From Eledone cirrhosa (taxonomy: Eukaryota): a stretch of 64,000 nucleotides of DNA. Positions 10,989 to 21,385 of the stretch are shown here, piece by piece. Position 1 is the stretch's first letter, and the number at the start of each line of letters is the position of its first letter. Location: contig OZ024750.1 of the NCBI GenBank assembly GCA_964016885.1, positions 51,894,001 to 51,958,000 on the forward strand, given 5' to 3'. Under the pieces are notes generated by a model, which did no database searches, was not told where the DNA came from, and saw nothing but the letters and a program-made list of their open reading frames with translations. The translations under genes and the position numbers were made by a program.

Positions 10989-12866
10989 CTACCTTTCCGC
11001 TTCCCGGGGTTCGGGTTGCACGACTTCCATGGGGTCGGGGGTGTTGGGTGAAGGGGTGTCTTGTGGTGGTGTGGGGTCGTCGGTGTGTGGTGGGGTTGGG
11101 GTGTTTGGAGTTGTGTTGGGGAGGGGAAGGGGAGGGGGAAAGCTTTTTAGTAGGACGCGGTTTATGGGTTTGACAGAGGGTGGTCCTACGTCCTCCTTAA
11201 AATCCTTTTTTAGTTTTTGGTAGAGGTTCATTGGGATTTTTATTAGTTTTAAATGTGGGTGGTTTTCTGATGAAACAAAGTTTACACCTTCGGTTTGTAC
11301 CGAAGGATTATTGTATATGAGTTCATTTAATTTATTATTGTTTCTGTTGATGTAAGTATAGTGTAATGTCTTTTTTTCCGATGGTGTGAGTGTTTCGAAG
11401 AGGGGAGGGGCAGGTTTGGTTTTGTTTGTTGCTGGAGGGGTGTTTTCTGTTTTGTTAGATTGTGTTGCGATTTGGGTGGGGGTTGTTTGTCCTTGTGTGT
11501 TTTGCACATGTTTTCTTTTTTTCCTTTTAATCTGTCTGAAGGACTCCGTTTCTTCCTCCGAATTCGTTGGGTTATCTTCAGTGTTGGAGGGAAGAGGTAT
11601 GTTTGCTGGTAATGTTTCCGTGTTGGTTTTCTTTGTGGGGGAGATGGATGTCACTATGTTAGACTGTGTTGTGTGTTGTGTCTGCGGTGGTTGTGTTGTT
11701 TTATTGAGTGAGAGGTTGGGTGGGCCTGTATTTTGTTTTGGGGTAATGTGTTGTGACTGTTTGTGTTGTGGTGGTGTTGTGGTGTTACTGAGGGACGGGT
11801 TGGGTGGGACTGAGTTTTGTTGTTTGTTTATCTGTTGTGGTGGTGGTGGTGGAGCTGGTGTTGGTAGCAGAGTTTTCTTTTTGTTGAGTTGTGGACAAGC
11901 GGCCTTCAGGTGCCCTCTGCCTGCACAGATATGGCAGGATGGCCTTCTCCCCTCCACGCTAATGTTTATATACCCGTGGTCCTCTAATAGGATTCTGTCG
12001 GGTATTTGGGCGATGCGTTCAGGCTTCATTTGTACTACCAGCTCTATACCTGTTCCACTGAACGCATTGCCTGTGGTTTTCCCAATGGAAATCACGTTGT
12101 CATTCACTGGATCGATGAAGCCAGCTATGAGCCAGCAGTAGTCCACATCTGGCATCATTGCATCCAGCCATATGCGTTGAGTTTTTTTTCCCATATAAGA
12201 TGGATAAAAGGTGAAATTTTTCGAACGAATCGGTGACAAAGCACATTTTTTTGCCGCCGATTCGTTCTTCATGATAATTGCTAGGCTTCCATACAGTCTG
12301 TCTTTTCTTATGAAAGTTGTTTCATTCAGTACTTCTGCGAGTACTGTTTTGATATCTGCTTGAGAAGGCTGTTCAGGTTTTTTTGTACTGTTGTTGATGG
12401 TCCGAAACTTGACCGTTCGGCTTTCAATGTCTTTCGTGAATTCTTGAGGCATTTTTACCAATAAAATACCATTCTCACCTTCACTTATGTATTGTTTTGC
12501 GTCCGTGATCCTTCGTACCACATCTGAAATGTTTTCCGCTATATAAGTCAAAGATTTCTTTGTTTTCTGTGCAAAAGAAATCTTGTCGTCTGCTTTGTTT
12601 TCTGATATGATGTTATTTTCAACTGTTATTTTTTTGTTTGTTGTGTCTTTGTTTGTGTTATTAGTATTGTCATGCAATTTTTCAAATTTTTTTTTTTCGT
12701 TGTTTTCGTCATTTAATTTTTCCTCCGCAGATTCGTCCGTTTTTATTTTCATTTTTCCTTCCTTCTCTATGACGTTAGTTGGGAAGGAAGGGAGGACTAA
12801 AGCGTGCGAGCTTACAACTCTTACCGCTGTCCCCCCACCACTATTTTCGTTCGCTGCGTTCAACAT
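10989..12866 (-). CDS. Tx1 ORF1 (625 aa, CCHC zinc knuckle)
   Basis: ATG-initiated open frame upstream of ORF2 with the CX2CX4HX4C motif CHICAGRGHLKAAC. Confidence 0.92.
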   Translation of the reverse strand: MLNAANENSGGGTAVRVVSSHALVLPSFPTNVIEKEGKMKIKTDESAEEKLNDENNEKKKFEKLHDNTNNTNKDTTNKKITVENNIISENKADDKISFAQKTKKSLTYIAENISDVVRRITDAKQYISEGENGILLVKMPQEFTKDIESRTVKFRTINNSTKKPEQPSQADIKTVLAEVLNETTFIRKDRLYGSLAIIMKNESAAKKCALSPIRSKNFTFYPSYMGKKTQRIWLDAMMPDVDYCWLIAGFIDPVNDNVISIGKTTGNAFSGTGIELVVQMKPERIAQIPDRILLEDHGYINISVEGRRPSCHICAGRGHLKAACPQLNKKKTLLPTPAPPPPPQQINKQQNSVPPNPSLSNTTTPPQHKQSQHITPKQNTGPPNLSLNKTTQPPQTQHTTQSNIVTSISPTKKTNTETLPANIPLPSNTEDNPTNSEEETESFRQIKRKKRKHVQNTQGQTTPTQIATQSNKTENTPPATNKTKPAPPLFETLTPSEKKTLHYTYINRNNNKLNELIYNNPSVQTEGVNFVSSENHPHLKLIKIPMNLYQKLKKDFKEDVGPPSVKPINRVLLKSFPPPLPLPNTTPNTPTPPHTDDPTPPQDTPSPNTPDPMEVVQPEPREAER

Positions 12867-13090
12867 TTCTGTTAGACGATTGAAATTTTTTACACAAAAT
12901 TTTTTAAAACAGGTTTTTCACCTCTAGGAGGGGTAAAGATGAGCTGACCCACCGCCTGACAGTTCAGACGGAGGGTCAAGCTACACAATTGTATCAAAAT
13001 TAAGTTTGAACTCACAAAATTTCCTCAATAAATTTGAACAAAACTTCTGTGCGAAGTGAATGACATCCACACTGTAGAACAGACGACAGC

Positions 13091-13097
13091 TAGATCT

Positions 13098-13130
<33 letters not shown>

Positions 13131-13147
13131 GTGAGTGAGTGAGTGAG
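13091..13147. repeat. (GATA)n followed by (GAGT)n, at the 5' flank of A3
   Basis: Read directly. Confidence 0.95.
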
Positions 13148-13228
13148 GGTACCAATGTTATCATCTGCCATATTTGAAAACGGTCGGGGGGGGGGGGGGG
13201 TAAAGATGTTTTAAGCAACATTATGTAA

Positions 13229-13366
13229 GCAAAGAGTTACGGCCCTTTATGGTCTGAGTTCAAATCCCGCCGAGGTTAACTTTACCTTTCATCCTTACGG
13301 GGTCGATAAAATAGAGTACCAGTAATGCACTGGGTAATTACTGGCCTTGTGCCAAAAATAGAAACA
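13229..13366 (+). mobile_element. tRNA-derived SINE family 1, 5'-truncated, 9-bp TSD ATTATGTAA
   Basis: B box GAGTTCAAATCC; body matches 61845-62022; TSD copies at 13220-13228 and 13367-13375. Confidence 0.88.
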
Positions 13367-13732
13367 ATTATGTAATAGAAGTTGATAAAAGTTTGGGCGG
13401 AGTTCGCTTTAAACTATTGTAGTGGCAGTAGCGGTAGGGGGTTATGATGGTGGTGGTGGGGGTGGGGGTAGGGCGGTGGGGTAGTGGGTGATGGTGGGGG
13501 GTCCTAGTTTCTGTTATAGTGATGTCGATGATGATGGTGTATTAGTTGTTGTTGATGTCTGTCCTGATGACTATGATGGTGGGGTGGTGACAGGGGTTGG
13601 GCTGGCATTCATAGCGGAGGCTGGGAGTAGAGCTGTGGCGTGTAGGTGGGTGTAGCTTTGTCTATAAACATCTGCACCATCACATCTATGTAGTGTTCTG
13701 TGTGTTTATGTGTGTTTCTGTCTCTGTATATT

Positions 13733-13734
<2 letters not shown>

Positions 13735-13818
<84 letters not shown>

Positions 13819-14092
13819 TGTGTGTGTGTTCATTTGTCTGTGTGCATCAATGAGTGTGTGTTTTTGTGGTCGTGTGCATATGCGTGTGTATTTGTGTGTC
13901 TGTATGCATGTAGTATGTATCTGTGTATTTACGCCCATATATGTATGTATGTATGTATGTACGTACGTATATATGTACGTATTATGTATTTATGTATGTA
14001 TGTATGTTTGTTTGTATGTATGTATGTACGTATGTATGTACGTATGTATGTATTTATGCATGTATGTATATATGTATGTATGTATGTATGTA
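13735..14092. repeat. (TG)n followed by (TATG)n microsatellites
   Basis: Read directly. Confidence 0.95.
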
Positions 14093-14367
14093 TATCTTGG
14101 TTAAGAGAGTGGGACTGGCTTTGTGCAGTGCCTTTGCTCACTATAAAAGCATTGCTTTATATCTGGAGATCTCTCTGCACTTGTCGTCACATGGTACCAT
14201 GGGCCCAACACTGTGTGTCAATAATTGTCACAAGTGTAGTGTTTGTACCAGAGTTTTCAAGTCGGTGGCTGGACTAAAAAGTCACACTCGTTCAGCGCAT
14301 CGGTAGGGGTTCTCCTACATGGATATAAAGTAGTGGCCATACTCGAAAACTAGTTGGCAGCCACCAT
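14093..14367 (+). mobile_element. RTE-derived short element family R1 with (ATGT)n tail
   Basis: Encodes a terminal C2H2-like CSVCTRVFKSVAGLKSHTRSAH*, as seen at RTE ORF C-termini; second copy inverted at 39361-39743; (TATG)n on both sides. Confidence 0.7.
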
Positions 14368-15479
14368 GTATGTATGTATGTATGTATGTATGTATGTATA
14401 TATGTATGTATGTATATGTGTCAAGCATCTTCTTTGCTTTTTGGTTTTTTTGTTTTGTTTTTTCAAGTTTCCCATCAAAGAGTTAATGTAAGCAATAAAT
14501 GCAAAGAGAACTGCAATCGTTGCACTTCAAATAAATACTTGTCAACGCCGACTTGCCAGCAACTACATTCAGATAGTTTTCCCGCCATTTTTACTATAAA
14601 AGAAAGGGCGCGAAATTGAGCTAAATGAGATTACAAAAGTGTTTTACTGCTGGTGGTCTATTTGTGGTGGGGTGATGCTAATTACATCCAGGGACGGCGT
14701 CTGGGTACTTAACGCCCTCGGCTAGCCCAACAATGTTCACCCCTTTCTCACATCTATGCACCCCGTTTCCCTCAATAAAATAATTTCAATTTACTGTTTG
14801 GTTAGCTAACAATCTTAATTTTTTATGTTTCTTGCTCTGTCTTACCACACTAAAAAATTACGAAGCCTGTATTTTCTACTACACAGTCCACATTCACCTA
14901 CACCCAATCATGTGACAGATTATAATACCACACAACTCTTTCCATTACTTTGAATATTACACAACGTTGCCACTCGGGAAAGATGCATTATACAAATTTG
15001 TATAAAACTGTGATTCTTTAAGGTTCATCTTTGACATCTTCGCCCTAGCTGGCTGCCTGGTTAACTTAATGGGAGCCTCAGCTCTGCACGCAAATTAATT
15101 TTCATTCCTGGTGATCTATTTATCCTTGGGCACCCCGCACATCACCCACAAATATAATTTACCCCTGATGGCGTATATTTGGCTAGGTACCCCATATATC
15201 AACCACGAATGAATCTACTCCTTATTGTGTATATATGGCTGTATGTCCCATACATCAGCACCTACAAATTCCATTACCAAAGGTGGACAGGGGTAAATTA
15301 AGCTTCCATGGGTCTCCTGGCTGAAAATGTAATCGGGACCCTTGCGTATTATTTATGATAGTAAACAAATTTATTTGGGACCCCTCAAATATTGTGGGGG
15401 CCCTGGCTGCTACCTAAACAGTCACTCTGTCCCCTCTAATCCACTAGTACTGATGGTCTGTTTAGAGCTGGGTGGGTGT

Positions 15480-15486
<7 letters not shown>

Positions 15487-15573
<87 letters not shown>
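15487..15573. repeat. (TG)n microsatellite
   Basis: Read directly. Confidence 0.97.
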
Positions 15574-15575
<2 letters not shown>

Positions 15576-15935
15576 CCACGGGTTTGCACTTGGAATGTTC
15601 TTCTACAAGACACAAAGTATTTGTGAAAGATGCCCGTACATTCCAGTCCCCTTCTTCTCTCCACGTAACCAAATTTTATGCAAGTGAAAAAAAAGGTAAA
15701 GTCGGTTTCAATTGGGTGAACTGGAGCAACGTGAAATAAAATGTCTTTCTTGCTCAAGGTGACAACGCACCACCCAGTCCGTGAACTGAACTTCATCGCA
15801 ATTTGTTTTTCTCTCCCGTTCAGTAAACTGGAGCTAGATAAAGTGCCTAACTGAAGGACACAATACGCAACCAAGTCAACGAATATAAAGCTAACGGCAT
15901 TAAATCCAAACACATTTAACCACTAAGTCACATGA
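15574..15935 (-). mobile_element. tRNA-derived SINE family 2, degenerate
   Basis: The reverse complement has an A-box-like TGACTTAGTGG, the core TTTCACGTTGCTCCAGTTCAC and a 3' end matching 45182-45482. Confidence 0.65.
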
Positions 15936-15965
15936 AAGGAAAATATCTATATATGTATATATAAT

Positions 15966-16150
15966 TGTTTCTACTATTGGCACAAGGCCAGCAATTACCC
16001 AGTACATTGCTGGTACTTTATTTTATCGACCCCGTGAGGATGAAAGGCAAAGTTAACCTCGGCGGGATTTAAATTCAGACCGCAAATGGACGTAACTATG
16101 CTGGAAAGCATGGTGTCCGACCCTCTAACGATACTGCCAATCCACCGCCC
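15966..16150 (-). mobile_element. tRNA-derived SINE family 1, full length
   Basis: A and B boxes on the minus strand; flanking near-duplication TATATATGTATATA(TA)AT. Confidence 0.88.
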
Positions 16151-16167
16151 TTATATATGTATATAAT

Positions 16168-16245
16168 GATTTATTTATTAGCCACAGAGGGCTCACATTA
16201 AGAAAACGTTAAAGATGGCACAGAACGATACAGTGTAACAAATTC
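16168..16245 (-). mobile_element. Extreme 3' fragment of a Tx1 family B-like element
   Basis: GATTTATTTATTAGCCACAGAGGG matches the Tx1 3' termini at 21964 and 37376; the right boundary is uncertain. Confidence 0.6.
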
Positions 16246-16319
16246 AGCCTCTTATATAATAGCACAGAACATGTGACCAATATCCTAACCACGATGCGTC
16301 ATCAGTAAGAGGAAATACT

Positions 16320-16729
16320 TATATGTGTATATAACTATGGTTTAACTCAAGATAACACAATATATATGTATATAACTATGGTTTAACTCAGCATAACACA
16401 ATATATATGTATATAACTATGGTTTAACTCAAGATAACACAATATATATGTATATAACTATGTTTTAACTCAAGATAACACAATATATATGTATATAACT
16501 ATGGTTTAACTCAAGATAACACAATATATATGTATATAACTATGGTTTAACTCAAGATAACACAATATATATGTATATAACTATGGTTTAATTCGAGATA
16601 ACAGTATATATGTATATAACTATGGTTTAACTCAAGATAACACAATATATATGTATATAACTATGGTTATCCGGAGTTAAACCATAATTATATACATATA
16701 TATTGTGTTAACTTAAGTTAAACCATAGC
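16320..16729. repeat. 41-bp AT-rich minisatellite (about 8.5 copies) ending in an inverted 1.4-copy fold-back
   Basis: Unit TATATAACTATGGTTTAACTCAAGATAACACAATATATATG; 16674-16729 is its reverse complement. Confidence 0.92.
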
Positions 16730-17070
16730 TACAGGTATCTAGGGTTCAATGAAGGCCAAGGTATTCACCACGCCAACAGGAACATCCCTACAGATATCTA
16801 GGGTTCAATGAAGACCAAGGTATTCACCACACCAACAGGAACATCCCTACAGATATCTAGGGTTCAATGAAGGCCAAGGTATTCACCACACCAACAGGAA
16901 CATCCCTACAGATATCTAGGGTTCAATGAAGGCCAAGGTATTCACCACGCCAACAGGAACATCCCTACAGATATCTAGGGTTCAATGAAGACCAAGGTAT
17001 TCACCACACCAACAGGAACATCCCTACAGATATCTAGAGTTCAATGAAGGCCAAGGTATTCACCGCGCCA
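16730..17070 (+). repeat. 59-bp tandem repeat (about 5.8 copies) derived from R4/Dong RT coding sequence
   Basis: Units start at 16730, 16789, 16848, 16907, 16966 and 17025; they translate QEHPYRYLGFNEGQGIHHA, and the last unit continues into SMKHSIRKECYRR. Confidence 0.9.
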
Positions 17071-17566
17071 GTATGAAACATAGCATTAGGAAGGAATGCT
17101 ACCGGAGACTAATCCCTGTTGTCACCTTCAGTTTCAATATTATAAATTGAAACGTTAACGAAATTAAGAGAATGGGCACCAAAGTCAGGAAACATTTGAC
17201 CTGTAATAGAATACATCACCCACAAACAGATATCGACCATTTCTGTCTCCCTAGAAGAAATGGAAGTAAAGGAATGATTCAGCTAGAGCTTTCATAGAGG
17301 ATATCGACCACAGTACCTTAAAACCACAGATGACTGGATGATGAAAATGGTCGCAGTTCACGAAGGAAGAAGAGGTTACATTCAGTCACAAGGGCAAGTA
17401 GGAAGTTTGCGGAAGAACTGGGAATACAGTTTGAAAATAATAATGGCGATTCTGCAATTAAAGCCGCAAAGAATATCAAATATGAAGGTCAACAGAGACT
17501 GTGCACAAAATGGGAGCAAAAATCACTGCATGGGCAGTATGTTATCCGTAGCAAAGAACCATATGT

Positions 17567-17985
17567 CATCATCATCATCATTCGTCGACTACTGTCGAGA
17601 TGATGGATCTCACTCTCATGCCCCAGAATTCCCTGTCCCCCATGGCCGCCCCCAGGTCCTGTCTACTGATTTCCGTATCCCTAGAGATAACGTCAGGGAA
17701 TGACAGCCTCCTACTCCTAGGCAGGCTGGAGTCAGGGTTCCAGAGCAAGAGAGCGGATATGATTTCATTGCTGGCACGGTGACAGTGGCCAGCAAATTGA
17801 GCTCTCCGGGATTTTAGAAGGGCAGAGGCTCGAGGGAGTTTGCCATAGATTTTAGACAAGGTGGGATGTCGTTTCCAGGATAGGTTTTGCACTCTCATTA
17901 AGAGGCGGGTATATGTGCCATCCAATCTCCTCTGAAGTTGTGATGTTGGTGTCCAAGTTTCGGATCCATAAAGTAATATGGGCTT
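17567..17985 (-). mobile_element. RTE-clade LINE 3' fragment with (GAT)n tail and 10-bp TSD
   Basis: PILLYGSETW...FAGHC...DREFW; TSD AACCATATGT 17557-17566 and AACCAGATGT 17986-17995. Confidence 0.88.
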
Positions 17986-18882
17986 AACCAGATGTAGATG
18001 AAACACTCACCCATCAGTCGCTTTGGAGTTCTGAGCTAAAAGCAGAGAGTGAAGGTTTCATTTTGGCTGCACAAGACAAATGTCTCCCAACGCACAACTT
18101 TCAAGTCAATGTGATCAGAAATAGAATTGACCAAAGAGTCGATTCGGGATGAACATGTTGAGACCTTTGACCAACTGGTTTCAGGCTGCAAGTTACTAGC
18201 TGTCCAGGAATATATAACGAGGTATGATAGGGTGGGACAATACTTACACTGGGTAATGTGCAGGTTTTATGGTCCGAAAACCGAAAGAAAATGGTACAAA
18301 CATCACCCAGATGCAGTAACAGGAGGCGAGAACGCGAAAATCCTCTGGGATTTCCCTGTGAATACTGACAGAACAATCAAGGCCAACAGACCTGATATAA
18401 TTGTGAAAGACCATAAAGAGAAATCATGTTTCTTAATTGACATGAACATTCCATCAGATCGTAACATCTCCTCGAAAGAGTTGATAAAGCTCAGTAAATG
18501 TAAAGATCTATCAATTGAAATTGAAATTGAGAAAATAAGACATCTTAAGGCCTGTATAATACCAGTGATAGTTGGAGCACATGGAATTATGAAAAAAGGG
18601 TACTGGAATATATTTGGACCAGATACCTGGAAAGCCATCTCTGCAAGAGATACAGAAAATAGTGCAGACTGGTACTCCGCATGTCCTGAGAAGCGCATTA
18701 TCAATTTAAAAACTTTGCAAGGACATTTACTGTTGTTTATGCCCTTGTGGCACCATTTGTGTGACAATTGGTTGTAAGGTGTGTGTATTATCACATTCTG
18801 CCTCAGGTGTCAGGTTGACAATCGGTTTGATGTGGGAAAGAAGTAGAACTGAAAGGCAGTTTTAAATCCGAATAATAATAAT

Positions 18883-19087
18883 TGTTTCTATATTTGGCAC
18901 AAGGCCAGCAGTTTGAAGGGAAGTGGAAGTCGACTAAATCAACACCAGTTTATTACTGGTAATTTAATTTATCGACCGGCAAAGCTGTATCAGACTTAGC
19001 GGGATTTGAACTCAGATCGTAAAGAGGCGTAACTCTATGCCATAAGGCTTATTCTCCGACGCACTACCGATACTACAAATACAGCGC
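18883..19087 (-). mobile_element. SINE family 1 variant between (AAT)n tracts
   Basis: Same 3' end and B box as the other copies, with an extra internal segment. Confidence 0.8.
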
Positions 19088-19104
19088 AATAATAATAATA
19101 ATAA

Positions 19105-19180
19105 TTGTTTCTACTTTAGGCACAAGGCCAGCAATTACCCAGTGCATTACTGGTACTTTATTTTTATCGACCCCGTAAGG
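19105..19180 (-). mobile_element. SINE family 1, 5'-truncated, within (AAT)n
   Basis: 3' half of the SINE; (AAT)n on both sides. Confidence 0.85.

Positions 19181-19260
<80 letters not shown>
19181..19260. repeat. (AAT)n microsatellite
   Basis: Read directly. Confidence 0.97.
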
Positions 19261-19262
<2 letters not shown>

Positions 19263-21385
19263 CAACTATAGACCTATCACATGTCTGCCACCAACTATAG
19301 ACCTATCACATGTCTGCCACCAACTATAGACCTATCACATGTCTGCCCGTAATGTGGAAACTGTTGACGAGCATTGTGTCTGAGGAAATCTACCATCACC
19401 TCCACACAAACAACTTGTTGCCGGACGAACAGAAAGGATGCCGAAAGAAGTCACGTGGTACAAAGGACCAGTTGCTTATTGATAAGATGGTAATGGGGAA
19501 TTGCAGGAGGAGACACACTGATCTTGCCATGGGATGGATAGACTACAGAAAGGCATTTGACATGGTGCCTCATTCCTGGATCACCAAAAGCCTGGAGATC
19601 TTCAGGGTGGCAGATAACATCAGACAGTTGCTGGGCAGGAGTATGGGGTCCTGGGAGACAGAGTTGACATCAACTGGAGTATCCTTGGGAAGCGTGAAGA
19701 TCAAGAGAGGTATCTTCCAGGGAGATAGCCTGTCCCCTCTGTTGTTTGTCCTTGCCCTGATGCCCTTGACCATTATGCTGCGAAAAGTGAGAGCAGGATA
19801 CAAGTTGGGAAGGGGAGAGCTTACCATCAATCACCTCCTCTTCATGGACGATCTTAAGCTCTTCGGGAAAAGTGAGAAGGAGTTGGATGTGCTTGTTGAC
19901 ACTGTCCGTATTTTCAGCAGTGATATATGTATGCAGTTTGGTATTGGTAAATGTGGAGTCATTGTGATGAGGAGGGGTAGGTTGAGCAGAAGTAACGGGA
20001 TCCAGATACCAACAGGTGAGATGATAAAGGAAATTGACTCTGAGGAAGGATACAAGTATTTGGGCGTTCTGGAGGCTGATGGCATAAAGAACAAAAAAAT
20101 GAAGGAATTGTTAAGAACTGAATACATTCGGAGAGTAAGGAGCGTATTGAAGTCACATCTGAACAGCAGAAATGCCATAAGCGCAGTAAATTCCCGAGCT
20201 GTGTCTATTATTAGGTACAGTGCGGGAATTCTGAGATGGAATGTTGCCGAACAAAAAGAAATGGATAGGAAGACTAGGAAGCTATTGACTATCTACAACA
20301 TGTTCCACAAGAGGAGTGATGTCGATAGACTCTACCTAAGGAGATCTGAGGGTGGAAGAGGTCTTATCAGCATAGAGGACTGTGTTCAGATGGAGAAAAA
20401 CAACCTATACAAATACGTGACCTATAGTAAGGAGCCAATGCTCAGAGCTGTACTGAAGGAGGGGACAGTAGGCCAGGGGATACCCAAGGAGGAAATAACA
20501 TCAAGGAGGAAGAGCAGCCTTAAGGGAAAATCCCTTCATAGTACCTTCTTTGAGAAAACTGAATTTAGAGATCCACAGACATGGAACTGGTTGAGAAGAG
20601 GAGACCTCAAAAAGGCTACAGAAGGAATGCTAATGGCTGCGCAGGAGCAGGCCCTCAAAACGAAGTGGTTGAAGCACCATATCTACAAGGAGGAGGCTAG
20701 CCCACTGTGCAGGATCTGTGGAGAGAGAGAGGAGACTGTGGCTCACATTGTGTCCGAGTGTAAACACCTAGCCCAGACCCACTATAAGGGCTGGAGACAC
20801 GATGTGATGGGCAGGGTGATCCACTGGCACCTGTGCAAAGTAAACAATCTACCACATTCTGAGAAATGGTATGAGCATAGGCCAGAGGCGGTGATGGAGA
20901 ACAGTCAGGTGAAGGTGCTGTGGGATTTTAGGATACAGACGGACAAAAAACTGGAACACAATAGACCTGACCTGGTGGTTGTGGACAAAGAAAAAAGATC
21001 GTGCCTGATTGTGGATGTGGCCTGCCCGTTCGACACGAGACTGCAAGAGAAGGAGAGGGAGAAAATTAACCGATACCAGGACCTAAAGTGGGAGGTGAAA
21101 AGGATTTGGAACTGCCATGAAGTCAAAGTGATCCCGATTGTCATAGGCGCACTGGGGACTATCTCCAAAGGTTTCCAGGGATGGTTAAAGAAAATCGGCC
21201 CCTTCACGCTTTTTGGAACGCTTCAAAAGGCATGCTTGCTTGGAACGGCAAGAACCCTCCGATACGTCCTGAATATCTGAGGCTGCAGGTAGTGGCTTGA
21301 TATTCAATCCAACGGACTTTCCAGTTAACCAACATCAATGACTGAGATTCAAGGAATAACAATAACAATAATAATAATAATAATA
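19261..21385 (+). mobile_element. Young 5'-truncated R4/Dong-type LINE with (AAT)n on both flanks
   Basis: Uninterrupted RT to RLE frame, short 3' UTR, (AAY)n tail, and a 29-bp triplication at the 5' end. Confidence 0.93.
19319..21280 (+). CDS. RT, zinc knuckle and restriction-like endonuclease (N-terminally truncated)
   Basis: [34 protein letters not shown]; CRIC...HIVSEC; RHD; RPDL...DVACP...K..RY. Confidence 0.92.
   Translation, partial: TNYRPITCLPVMWKLLTSIVSEEIYHHLHTNNLLPDEQKGCRKKSRGTKDQLLIDKMVMGNCRRRHTDLAMGWIDYRKAFDMVPHSWITKSLEIFRVADNIRQLLGRSMGSWETELTSTGVSLGSVKIKRGIFQGDSLSPLLFVLALMPLTIMLRKVRAGYKLGRGELTINHLLFMDDLKLFGKSEKELDVLVDTVRIFSSDICMQFGIGKCGVIVMRRGRLSRSNGIQIPTGEMIKEIDSEEGYKYLGVLEADGIKNKKMKELLRTEYIRRVRSVLKSHLNSRNAISAVNSRAVSIIRYSAGILRWNVAEQKEMDRKTRKLLTIYNMFHKRSDVDRLYLRRSEGGRGLISIEDCVQMEKNNLYKYVTYSKEPMLRAVLKEGTVGQGIPKEEITSRRKSSLKGKSLHSTFFEKTEFRDPQTWNWLRRGDLKKATEGMLMAAQEQALKTKWLKHHIYKEEASPLCRICGEREETVAHIVSECKHLAQTHYKGWRHDVMGRVIHWHLCKVNNLPHSEKWYEHRPEAVMENSQVKVLWDFRIQTDKKLEHNRPDLVVVDKEKRSCLIVDVACPFDTRLQEKEREKINRYQDLKWEVKRIWNCHEVKVIPIVIGALGTISKGFQGWLKKIGPFTLFGTLQKACLLGTARTLRYVLNI

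Larger units (their letters stand above)
7301..13090 (-). mobile_element. Full-length Tx1-clade non-LTR retrotransposon A3 (about 5.8 kb)
   Basis: 5' UTR, two uninterrupted ORFs, 3' UTR, AATAAA (7307-7312, minus strand) and (TATC)n on both flanks. Confidence 0.95.
16730..18870 (+). mobile_element. Degenerate 5'-truncated R4/Dong-type LINE, interrupted by an RTE, with (AAT)n tail
   Basis: EGFILAAQD, RYD, ILWDF, NRPDII and PVIVGA restriction-like endonuclease motifs (ORF 18127-18777). Confidence 0.85.

Noticed and set aside
14230-14306. Possible host C2H2 zinc-finger exon
   Set aside because: Lies in a repeat present twice in the window with a retroposon-type tail; resembles an RTE ORF terminus.
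13693-14619. Cys/Val/Tyr/Met-rich and His/Thr-rich ORFs (also at 15342-15913, 37927-39483, 44043-44327, 47468-48249 and 59717-60080)
   Set aside because: Microsatellite and low-complexity translations.
14640-15480. Possible unique or exonic segment, or a MITE
   Set aside because: No supported ORF or clear terminal inverted repeats; only a weak degenerate repeat near 15110-15270.
16320-17070. Possible CRISPR-like arrays
   Set aside because: Contiguous tandem units with no unique spacers, no cas genes and a eukaryotic context.
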